A DNA stretch of 64,000 nt from Mobula hypostoma (taxonomy: Eukaryota). A program made the translations under genes and the position numbers. Every line of letters starts with the position of its first letter. Within the stretch, counting starts at the first letter, position 1. Below are positions 1 to 10,700 of this stretch, one piece after another. The stretch lies in assembly GCF_963921235.1 (NCBI RefSeq), contig NC_086097.1, positions 135,100,001-135,164,000 on the forward strand, read 5' to 3'. Below the pieces are notes generated by a model, which was given only the letters and a program-made list of their open reading frames with translations, made no database searches and was not told the origin of the DNA.

Positions 1-1206
1 TTGATGGTCTTCCAGCTGCCTTTGATGTCTGTCTCAGTGTGACCTTGGGACTAGCCCGTACAGTCAAGGACAGCTTTTAACCTGGTGGTATTATTCTATT
101 GACTGGTCCTCTAGTAAGATAAATAAACTCCCAAGATCACAGTCTATCTCCTCAAAGCCTTGCACCTTCTTGTTTGCTTTGCACTGCACTTTCTTTGTAA
201 CTGTCATACTCCTATTCTGCATTGTTATGGTTTTCCTTTGTACTACTTTAATGCACCTTGACAATCTGTATGGATGGCATGTAAAACGAAGTTTTTCACC
301 ATCCCTTAGTCCATGTGACAATAACAAATTTAGATCAGAGAGTTCTCCGTTCCACAGCTCCCTTATAAACTGTGTCAAGAACTCTTCTGTTCATCCTGCC
401 TCCACACTCTCTTTGCAAAGAGGAGGTAGACCATCTCAAGGTTCAAGATTGTTCGATGTCCTTTTCACAATACAAGTGTAAAGGAGAATGAAATAAATGT
501 TGCTCCGGATGCAGCACAAAAAGAAAACACAAAAAGGTAAGGTCCATATATAAGATATGTCCATAAAGTGACACTAGGCACAGGAGTGTCTATCCATCAG
601 GCGACTGACAGGAAATGATACAGTAGTGGTGGTTGGGGGCTGTGGAGGGGTGGGTTAGTGGATAGAAGAGTTGATCAGCTTTATTGCTTGGGAAAGTAAC
701 CTTTTTTGCATCTGGTGGTCCTGGCACAGATGCTGTGCAGCTTCCTCCGTAATGGCAGTGGGACAAACAGTCCATGAGCAGTGTGGGTGGGATACTTCAT
801 GATGTTACTGGGCACCTTTCTGTGTACTTACGCCCTTGATGGCAGTAGGCTGGTGCCTGTGATGTGTTGGGCAGTTTTGATGACCTAATGTAGGGCATTC
901 CCATCCACTGCGGTGCTGTTTCTGTACCATGCACTGATGCAGTTCATTAGGATGCTCTCTAAGTGCTTCTGTAGAATGACTTGAGTGCACAGTCCAGCTG
1001 TCTTCAGCCTCCTCTGAAAGCAGAGGCGTTGGTGAGCTTTCCTGATTGTGTGAGACGTATACTGGGACCATGAGAGGTTGTGCAAGATGTGCACTCTCCA
1101 GTTTCAGACTAAATGTAGTTTCCACTGCTGTGCTGTCGATGTACTGTATATAGGGATGCGAGTTCTCCTGAAGTCGATAACCATCTCCTTTGTCTTACTG
1201 GCATTG

Positions 1207-1370
1207 CTGTTGTTTCTTTCCGCGTCGTCTCGTTGTGTCATTTCTTTAGCACTTTTGTCTGTCTTTTATGAGGCCGGGTTGCTAGCTTGACGTTCGACCC
1301 GATACGTATGGAAAATGTGCAAGGATTCGAACCTGGGACCACTTGCCTCAAAGTCCATTGGGGATGCCAG
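1207..1370 (-). mobile_element. Short tRNA-derived SINE-like insertion
   Basis: B-box GGTTCGAATCC on the minus strand (1323-1333); interrupts the LINE RT region; approximately duplicated flanks (ttgtcttactggcattg / ttcttgttgacattg). Confidence 0.5.
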
Positions 1371-2705
1371 TTGTTTCTTGTTGACATTGAGGAAAGCGTC
1401 AGGTTGCTGGTGATGAGTCCCACTGCTGTTATGTCAGTGGTGAACTTGTCGATGTGTTCTCTCGGGTGTTTAGCTGTGCAGTCACTTGTGCACAGAGTGT
1501 ACCGCAATGGGCTGAGCACACAGTTCTGGATGGCGTCCGTGTTTAAGATGATGGGGAGAGAGGAGTGGTAATACATCCCGACTACTTGGGTCTGTTGGTT
1601 AGGAAGTCCAACATCCGGTTGCACAGCGATGTATTCAGGCTGAGAAATAAGAGTTTGTTCACTAAGGTCTGTGGGACTTGCCGAACTGAAATTCAGACAC
1701 TGCATTCAAACATAAGTGCCCTTGTTTGCCGGGTGTGTTAAGGCCAGGTGCTTGACAGACGCTAAGGCATTTCATAGAGAGGTTCTACCGGTAAGCATAT
1801 TGATGAATGTCCAGTGTGGCAGGAATATAGTTTTTGAGATGTGCCATTACCAGCTGTTCAAAGCATTTAATGATGATTGGCATCAGTGCCATCGAGCAAT
1901 AGTCATTTCGTTCTGAGGGCGTAGAGTTCTTTGGTACAGGGGTGATGGTGACTGATTTGAGGCACGAGGGGACAGCAGCCTGGGTGAGTAAACTGTTGAC
2001 GGTGTCAGTAAGCTGATGCGCTCCCTCCCTGAGTACTCGGCTCGGGATGTTGTCTGGCCCAGACACCCTATGGGAGAAGACCTTCTGCAGCCCTTCTCAC
2101 ATCTGCTGCTGTCACAGACCGGCTGCTCATCTGGGAGGGGGGTAACTTCAGTGGCCGGTGTTGTGCTGCATGTCTTGAGGTGTACATAAAAGTTGTTTAA
2201 ACTGTCTGCAAGGGAGGCACCACAGGCACAGTCAATGCTGTTTTCCCTTGTGTGGTCAGTAACGCCCTTGATACCCAGCCTTGTACGCTGGGGGTCATTA
2301 GTAGAAAGGTGTTCCTGATCTTTTCGTTGAGCATAGGCAGACTTTGCCCTCCCCTTGAGGCCTCAGGTGAGGTTTCTCTTTGCTGTTCTGTCATAGGACT
2401 CAAAGACAGTGTCCCAAGCACTTAATGGGTCGTGCACCTCAACGTTCAGTCAGGGCTTCTGTTTCAGCTGTGGGATGACTGTTCTCGAGGTACCAAAGTC
2501 ATCCACACACCTACTGATGTAGCCAGTGACAGATGAGACATATTCCTCGAGCTCTGTGTCTTCTCTGTTTGTGTTGGCCTTCTTGAACATCTGCCAGTTA
2601 ACAATCAAAACATTCCTGAAGCATAGAGATTGCCTGATTAGGCTATATAGTGACGTGTCTCTTGACTGGTTTCTCCATTTTCAACAGCAGTCAGTATCTG
2701 GCTGA

Positions 2706-3800
2706 GTGGTGTCCACCCAACCATTGAGCACATCTGCATGAAAGGCTGTCACAGGAAAGCAGCATTCATTATCAGGAACCCCCAGCACCCAGGATATGCC
2801 CTCTTCTCACTGCTACCATTAGGAAGAAGATACAAGAGTCTCAGGACTCACACCACCGGGTTCAAGAACTGTTATTACCCCTCAACCATCAGGCTCTTGA
2901 GCCAAAGGGGATAAATTCACTCATCTTCACTTGCCCCATCATTGAGATGTCTTCATCTCATGATCTTAGTGCTTATTTATTTTTTATTATTTCTTCTTTT
3001 TGCATTTGCACAGTTTGTTTTCTTCTGTACTTTGGTTGAATGCCTTAGTTTGACAGTCTTTCATTGATTCTGTTATGGCTATTATTCTATAGATATATTG
3101 AGTATGTCCACAAGAATATTATTCTCAGGGTTTTATATGGTGACATACACAGTGGGCCCTCCATATCCGCGGATCGAAAATATTCGAAAAAAAATTCCAG
3201 AAGGTTTCAAAAAGCAAAACTTGAATTTGCCACGCGCCGAGCACTACACTGAATCCACGCAAATGAAGTGATGTGTAGGCATACCCTGCTGTAGCCTCCC
3301 ACCATTTCACAGATCCTCAGTCTCTCTCCAACACTCATTGTTTGAGCATTGGTTCGCCTCGCTACTTGTGTTGTGAGCGAGAGGAAGGAGTTTAAGGCTA
3401 GTAAGGGATGGCTGGCTGGCTATGTAAAGCGCTACGGCCTCAAGAACTTGAAGATCACGGGAGAATCGGCACCCGCAGCATCAGCGTTCCCAGAAGAGCT
3501 ACGATGGTTGTGTCTGTACTGAACATGTACAGACTTTTTTCTTGTCATTATTCCTGAAACAATACAGTATAACAACTATTTACATAGCATTTACATTGTA
3601 TTAGGTATTATAAGTAATCTAGAGATGATTTAAAGTAGACGGGAGGATGTGTGTAGGTTATATGCAAAAACTACACCATTTTATGTAAGGGACTTGAGCA
3701 TCCGCAGAATTTGGTATGTGCGGGGGTCCTGGAACCAATCCTTCCCGGATACCGAGGGATGACTGTATGTACTTAGATAATATAATTTACTTTGAACTTT
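2706..3800 (+). mobile_element. Rex1-type LINE 3' fragment, split by a MITE
   Basis: C-terminal coding remnant (HPGYALFSLLPLGRRY...TTGFKNCYYP), 3' UTR and ttgaactt tail; similar 3' end at 16790-17240. Confidence 0.75.
3150..3765 (+). mobile_element. MER2-like Tigger (pogo) non-autonomous element, copy 1
   Basis: Inverted ends CAGTGGGCCCTCCATATCCG / CGGATACCGAGGGATGACTG, TA on the right flank; internal transposase remnant [28 protein letters not shown]. Confidence 0.85.
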
Positions 3801-3984
3801 TAACATTATGGCGACGTGATCAGAGAGGCCAAGATGAAGGTGTGGGATGGCTTTGTAAGTCCGTCGTGCTGAGGGCAGCATGCATTGGGGGTGAGATTTT
3901 AACCGTACAGGAAGGACCTTACACCGGAAGATTAAGAGCTACTCGAGAATGAACACCTGAATAAGGCTGACATTACCCCTAACC

Positions 3985-6640
3985 ATTTTCGATCCATCGG
4001 ATGGACCGCTCGGCATCTTTGGGCAAGACGAGGGGAGGTGGTGTCTGCCTACTGATCAGCACTGGGTGGTGCTCGGACACAGTGGCACTGACAAGCTCCT
4101 GCAGCCCGGACCTGGAACACCTGTTGGTGAAGTGTCGTCCCTACTATCTGCCATGGGAATTCACCTCGGTCATACTGACAGCGGTCTACATTCCCCCCCA
4201 GGCGGACGTGGAGTGTGCTTTGAACATACTGTATGCCAACATCAGTGAACTTGAGACCAGGTATCCGGAGGTTTTGCTCATTACAGCCGGGGACTTTAAC
4301 CAGGCCAACCTCAGAAAGGCGCTGCCAAAGTTATACCAACATGTCTCCTGCCCCACTAGAAGCCCGAATATACTTCACCACTGCTACACAGCAGTCAAAG
4401 ATGCCTACCGTTCCCTCCCACGACTTCACTTCGGAAAATCGGACCATCAGGTTGTACTCCTCCTCCTGGCTTACAAACAGAAACTGAAGCGGGAGGTCAT
4501 GATGTCAAAAGTAGTGTCGTGTTGGACGGAGGAAACGGATGAGGTCCTCCGTGACTGCTTTGAATCAGTGGACTGGTTAGTATTCAAGGACTCGGCAGCT
4601 AACCTCGATGAGTATGCCTCAGCTGTCACGGACTTTATTTGGAAATGCACAGAGGACTGTATGTCTCGCAAGGCGATCCGGGTATTCCCTAACTGGAAGC
4701 CTTGGATGAATTATGAGGTCAAGTCCCTTTTGAAGGCTAGAGCTGCGGCTTTTAGGTCAGGGGATGCCAGTCGCTACACGGAATCCAGGCGTGGACTCCG
4801 GAAAGCCATTAAGGGCGCCAAGAGGCAATATCGAGCCAAGTTGGAAGCTCAGGCTAAGCAGAGGGATGCCAGTAGACTATAGCAGGGTCTAAATGAGATC
4901 AGTCGGTGCAAAGGCTGGGAATATCAATAACTGTGGCGCTTCTCTTCCTGACGAACTTAACGTATTCTATACAAGATTCTAACAGAAGAGGAGCGTCCCG
5001 CTCCCTCCAGATGAACTGGACCTGGTGGCATCGAGATTCATCATCACCGAGGAGGACGTTAGAAGGGCCTTCCTGAAGATAAATCCAAGGAAGGCGACGG
5101 GCCCAGATGGCGTCCCGGGATGGGTTCTCCGGGCCTGTGCAAGTGAGCTAGCTGGAGTGTTTGCTGATATCCTCAACTGCTCCTTGCTTCAGTCTAAGAT
5201 CCCCTCATGTTTTAAGAAGGCAACGATAATCCCAGTGCCGAAGAAGAGCAAGTTGGCATGCCTGAATGACTATCGACCTGTGGCTCTGACATCAATTGCT
5301 ATGAAGTGCTTCGAGCGATTGGTTATGGCACACATCAACCACAGCCTACCGGTCAACCTCGACGCTTTGCAATTCGCCTACCGGAGCAACAGGTCAATGG
5401 CAGATGCCATCTCCCTGGCCCTACATTCCTCCTTAGAACACCTGGAGAATAAAGATGCATACGTAAGGCTCCTTTTCATTGACTACAGCTCTGCCTTTAA
5501 TACCATCATTCCAAATAAACTGATTCCTAAGCTCCGGAACCTGGGCCTTAGCACTCAGATCTGCGGCTGGATCGTCAACTTCCTCACAGACAGGACGCAG
5601 GCTGTAAAAAAATAGGGGACAAGCTCTCCTCTACAATCACTCTGAGCACCGGTGCCCCACAAGGCTATGTACTCAGCCCCCTGCTGTACTCACTGTACAC
5701 CCATGATTGTGTAGCCAAGTTTCCATCAAACTCAATATATGTTTGCCGATAACACAACAATTGTAGGCCGTATCTCAGGTAATGATGAGTTTGAGTACAG
5801 AGAGGAAATTAAGAACCTGGTGGCATGGTGCGAAGACAATAACCTATCCCTCAATGTCAGCAAGAAGAAGGAATTGGTTGTTGACTTCAGAAGGAGTAGC
5901 GGACCGCACGACCCAATTTACATCGGTGGTGAGCAAGTGGAACAGGTCAAAAGCTTTAAGTTCCTCGGGGTCAATATCACAAATGACCTGACTTGGTCCA
6001 ACCAAGCAGAGTCCACTGCCAAGAAGGCCCATCAGCGCCTTTGCTTCCTGAGAAAACTAAAGAAATTTGGCCTGTCCCCTAAAACGCTCACTAATTTTTA
6101 TAGATGCACCGTAGAAAGCATTCTTCTCGGGTGCATCACAAACCTGGTATGGAAGTTGTCCTGTCCAAGACTGGAAGAAGCTGCAGAAGATCATGAACAC
6201 GGTGCAGCACATCACACAAACCAATCTTCCGTCCTTGGACTCACTTTACACTGCACGCTGTCGGAGCAGTGCTGCCAGGATAATCAAAGACACGACCCAC
6301 CCAGCCAACACACTTTTCGTCCCTTTTCCCTCCAGAAGGCTCAGGAGCTTGAAGACTCATACGGCTAGATCTGGGAACAGCTTCTTTCCAACTGTGATAC
6401 GACTGCTGAACGGATCCTGACCTGGATCTGGGCCGTAACCTCCAAATATCCGGACCTGCATCTCATTTTTTCTTGCACTACCTTACTTTCCATTTTTCTA
6501 TTTTCTATTTATGATTTATAATTTAAATTTTTAATATTTACTAACGATTTGTAATCCAGGGAGCGGGAAGCGCAGAATCAAATACCGCTATGATGATTGT
6601 ACGCTCTGGTACCAATTGTTCGGCGACAATAACGTATAAA
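3985..6640 (+). mobile_element. Fairly young Rex1/Babar LINE (APE endonuclease + RT), 5'-truncated, with a few frameshifts and stops
   Basis: ORF pieces 4001-4882 (GGGV, GDFNQ, SDH), 5025-5615 (GPDG, NDYRPVALTS, LFIDYSSAF) and 5739 onward (FADNT); 3' UTR ends near 6640. Confidence 0.92.
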
Positions 6641-6659
6641 GGAACCTCCACGAAATGGC

Positions 6660-7700
6660 AACAGGGAACCCACGTGTTTTTTGTTTTGAGCACGCCCCCT
6701 TCGGTTACGTCACCGATCAAATGTTTACCGAACTTTGTTGCGGGGTGAGCAAGCCGCTGATTGGCTCGCGCTTTGGAAGCCGACACTGATTCGCTGGAGT
6801 ATTCACCAATAAGGGACCTCGATTTGCCTTTTGCCCTCCGATAGATTTAAAAACAGAATCCCTCCGCGCTAAAGAGTATACTAATTATGTGGTTTTCTAA
6901 CCCATGGAAAAACCTGCACATTCATCAGATTTATTCATTTGGTTGAGTGCTTTGCTTGTTCTGTGTGGAGTAGCGGGTTATAAGCGGAGATAAATGAGGT
7001 CTACTTTCCCCGGCGGAAGGAGAGGTCATGAGTGCAGCGGTGAGAGGTGCGCGGGAAAGTTCTGGCGCTAGAAAAGTCAGCGGTTGGACGCGAGGCCGCT
7101 GACTAGCGTTTGGCAGGCGCCGCATCTCCACCATGGTGATACTGAGGAGCGGCGCGTCTCTTTGCCTCGACTCCAGCTCGGAATTCATCGCTTTGTCGGA
7201 CGGTGAAAGCTCGTCTTTCGACCAAAGGACGCGGCACTCATCGGTGAGCGGACAGCCTAGTGGCGGTGGCACACGGGAAGGCGAACCTCTCGGGGGTGGG
7301 GGAGGTCGCTGACCGCAGGCTTAGACCACCACGGGCTTGAGTGGCTGTCACCGGGCACCGGCCGATTTCCCCCCCTCTCCCTCCCCTGGAAGGTTGGGAT
7401 CTGAGGCTCTACTGTTTTTTTTCTTCCCCGCCCCCTACCGAGGCGCTCTGGGCGGAAAGGAGGGATGGCGTTGTTATCAGTGGACTGACGCGCGCCTTTT
7501 CGGGAGAGGGGGTGGGGCTGTTTTGAGGACCGAGCTTCCGGCCGTTCTGTTTTCGGCTTACATTCACTGAGATGAGGTCGCGCGTTCCTCCCTCCTTCCC
7601 TGTTCTTCAGGCCTCCCTGATATTGTCTGTGGCTTCGGAATTAACCGGTCACATGGGCGCAGGGTGCACTCAGTGCTCCCCACTTGAAGTCCTTCACTGT
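6660..7700 (+). promoter_or_regulatory. CpG-rich ATAD2 promoter and first-exon region with E-box, CRE-like, CCAAT and E2F motifs
   Basis: High CpG density. CACGTG at 6671-6676, TTACGTCA at 6705-6712, ATTGG at 6760-6764, CCAAT at 6806-6810, GCGCGGGAAA (reverse E2F consensus) at 7049-7058, and TCTGGCGC at 7061-7068. Confidence 0.8.
7133..7243 (+). CDS. ATAD2: ATAD2 exon 1, coding part ([22 protein letters not shown]...RHSS)
   Basis: Strong Kozak context CCACCATGG inside a CpG island; MVILRS resembles human MVVLRS; donor GTGAGC at 7244; 111 nt, phase 0. Confidence 0.85.
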
Positions 7701-10700
7701 CCGCTCCTGCCGCTTTTCGCTCATATCCACTCATGGTCATTTCTGACACCCTACCCTTCCTTTGCTGCGTTAAATTGGACGATTAATGTAGTTTTACGAA
7801 TTGCCCAGCCATCTATGAAAGGAGCCGTTTCCCAGCATTCGTAGCTGCAATGAAAGTCCTCTATCTCCACCACAGCGCCTTTCGAATCGCCGTTGCCTTA
7901 ATAACGATATCCACATTGAACGGTTGTCAAAGCTGGGGCTGAACACTTAAACTTGCAAGTGCATCAATAGTCATTACTTGCCACTCAATAAAAAATATGC
8001 TCATTCATTATTTTATGTCTAAATGGTCAAGTGTGAAATGAGGAAAAACTTGGATTGGAATATATTTGATGAGTTAATGTGAGGAAGCAGTTTGTTGTAG
8101 CATTCAAAAGGAAACTGTAAAATTAAAGATAAAGTAGAGGTGGAAACCTGTTAATCTAAAGTCTGGGTTGATTTAATGAGCCGAATGGTCTCTATGTTGT
8201 AGCCATTATGTGAGTTTCTAAATTCAGTGGATTTTCATTTTCTCATAAGTGACTCTAATGTTGGTGTTGCCTGTTATTTCAATTCTCCATCCCAATCCCA
8301 TGTTGACCATAAACTATGATGTTCAGATATTGCATAATTTGAGCATGAGAAACTATATAATTTTCTGACAAGGCTTCAGTACTCGGTGTAGTATTCAGTA
8401 TTTTAAATTTTCTGTTGAAGTTACAAAATTGATCTGGGATATTTGGGTAGAATAAGATAACTTGAATTTTACCTTGTACTGAAATTGTCCTGGTGCAGAC
8501 TAAATGAACTAGCCATTAATCTAATTCTCGGGTTTACGACTTTGCCAAGTCAATGCCTTTCACTACTTGTACCTTTGCTTGTCCAAATGATAATGCAGCT
8601 TGGAAAATTACCTGTTTGTAGATTGGCATGGTTATCTGAAAATATTGCAATTTTTTTTCTGTCACATTTGAGACATACTTGGCAGACTGTTCCTTGGGGT
8701 TATAAAGGCCTTCTTGAATCCATTTTGAAAATGTGACATGCTGAGTAATTTCAAAACAAGATAAAGTTGTTTTTTTGTTATGACTATGTTGACAGCCAGT
8801 TCTGAACAGTCTGAATTCTTGGTTTCCTACATTGATTACAACTGGGTAAACAAATTAATTGGTATAACCATTTTTTATATTATAATTACAATTGCACAAC
8901 AATTTTTGAAGTGTTGCTTCCTCAGACTTTTTGTTTATGGTAGACTGCTTGAAGCTGAACACAAATATATTTTCAGACTACTTGTAGCGAGTAGGAAGTT
9001 GGTTGATTGGGAAGTTTTTAAAATCCAACAAAAGGCAACTAAAAAAAACTATAAAAGCAGCACACACAAAATGCTGGAGGAACTCAGTGGGCCAGGCAGC
9101 ATCTATGGAAAAGAGTACTGTCAATGAGTATCAGGGAGTAGGAGTGAGTGCCATTGCTATTTCAAAGGAAAAAATGCTAGGCAAACTCAAAGGTCTTAAT
9201 GTGGATGTCACCTGGCCCAGATGGACTGCATCCCAGAGTCCTGAGAGAGGTTGCTGAAGTGATAACGGATGCATTGGTCATGATCTTTCAAGAATCACTT
9301 GATTCTGGCATGATCCCAGATGACTAGAAGATTGCAAATGTCACCCCACTCTTTAAGAAGGGAGGAAGGCAAAATAAAGGAAATTATAGGCCAGTCAGCA
9401 TAACCTCAGTGGTTGGGAAAGTGTTGGTGTCTGTTATCAAGGATGAGGTTTGGAGGTACTTGGAGACTAATAATAAAATAAGTCAAAATCAGCATGGTTT
9501 CTGTGAAGGGAAATCTTGCCTGACAAATCTGTTAGAGTTCTTCAGGAAGTAACAAGCAGGGTGGACAAAGGAGAGGCAGTGGATGTCATTTATCTGGGTT
9601 TTTAGAAGGCGTTTGATAAGGTGCCACTCATGAGGCTGCTTAACTAGATAAATTCCTGGGGCATTTCAGGAAAGATCCTGGCAGAGATAGAGGAATAGCT
9701 GACAGGCAGGAGGCAGCGAGTGGGAATGAAGGGAGCCTTTTCTGGTTGGCTGCCAGGGACTAGTGGTGTTCCTCAGGGGTCAGTATTGGGACCACTACTT
9801 TTCACATTGCTGGTGATTTGGATAATGGAATTGATGGCTTTGTGGCAAAGTTTGTGGATGATACAAAGATAGGTGGGAGGTAGCTAGTGCCAAGGAAGCA
9901 ATGCGATTGCAGCAAGACTTAGACAAATTGAAGAATGGGCAAAAAAAAAAGGGGCAGCTGGAATACAGTGTTGGGAAATGTATGATAATGCATTTTGGTA
10001 TAAGAAACAGTAGTGTGGACTATTACCTAAACAGGGAGAAGTTTCAAACATCAGAGATGCAGAGCGACTTGGGAGTCCTCATGTAAGTCTCCCAGAAGGT
10101 TAAATTACAGGTTGAGTCCGGTAAATGTTGGTATTTATTTCAATGGGAATAGAATGTAAAACCAAAGAGATGATGCTGAGCCTTTAAGACACTAGTCAGG
10201 CTGCACAGAGTATTATCAACAGTTTTGGGCCCCATATCTCAGAAAGAATGTGTTGTCACTGGAGAGAATCCAGAGGAGCTTCATGAGAATGATTCTGAGA
10301 GTGAAGGGGTCAACTTATGAGGAGTATTTGGCCCTGTACTTATTGGAATTTATAATAATGTGGGATGATCCCATTGAAACTTATTGAACGTTGAAAGGAC
10401 TAGATGAGGTGGATGTGGAGAGGATGTTTCCTCTGGTGGGGGTCTCTAGAACTAGAGAGCACAACCTCAAAACTGACGGCAACCTTTTGGAACAGAGGAA
10501 AGGAGCTTTTTTTCTGCCTGAGAGTGGTGAATCTGTGGAATGCTCTGCCACAGACTGTGGTGGAGGCCAAGTCCATGCATAAGTGACAGTTGATAGTTTC
10601 CTGATCTGTCAGGGCATCAAAGGATATGGCGAGAAGGCAGGTGTGTGGGGTTGAGTGGGATCCAGGATCAGCCATGATGGAATAGCGGAGCAGACTCATT

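Larger units (their letters stand above)
440..3880 (-). mobile_element. Degenerate Rex1/Babar-type LINE, interrupted by a SINE, a second LINE and a MITE
   Basis: Minus-strand fragments HLGLSDHVAIM (endonuclease, 3800-3880), GPDNIPSRVLRE...TPVPK...IKCFEQLVMAHL...QYAYR (1785-2066) and AHQRLCFQRRLK. Confidence 0.8.

Noticed and set aside
1..6640. Exon of a divergently transcribed neighbour gene (NTAQ1/WDYHV1 lies head-to-head with ATAD2 in mammals)
   Set aside because: No recognisable coding exon; the region is almost entirely TE-derived.
7028..7102. Upstream ATG in frame with the ATAD2 start
   Set aside because: It stops at TGA 7100-7102 and overlaps the E2F sites, so it probably lies upstream of the transcription start. 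It cannot be called a uORF without TSS data.
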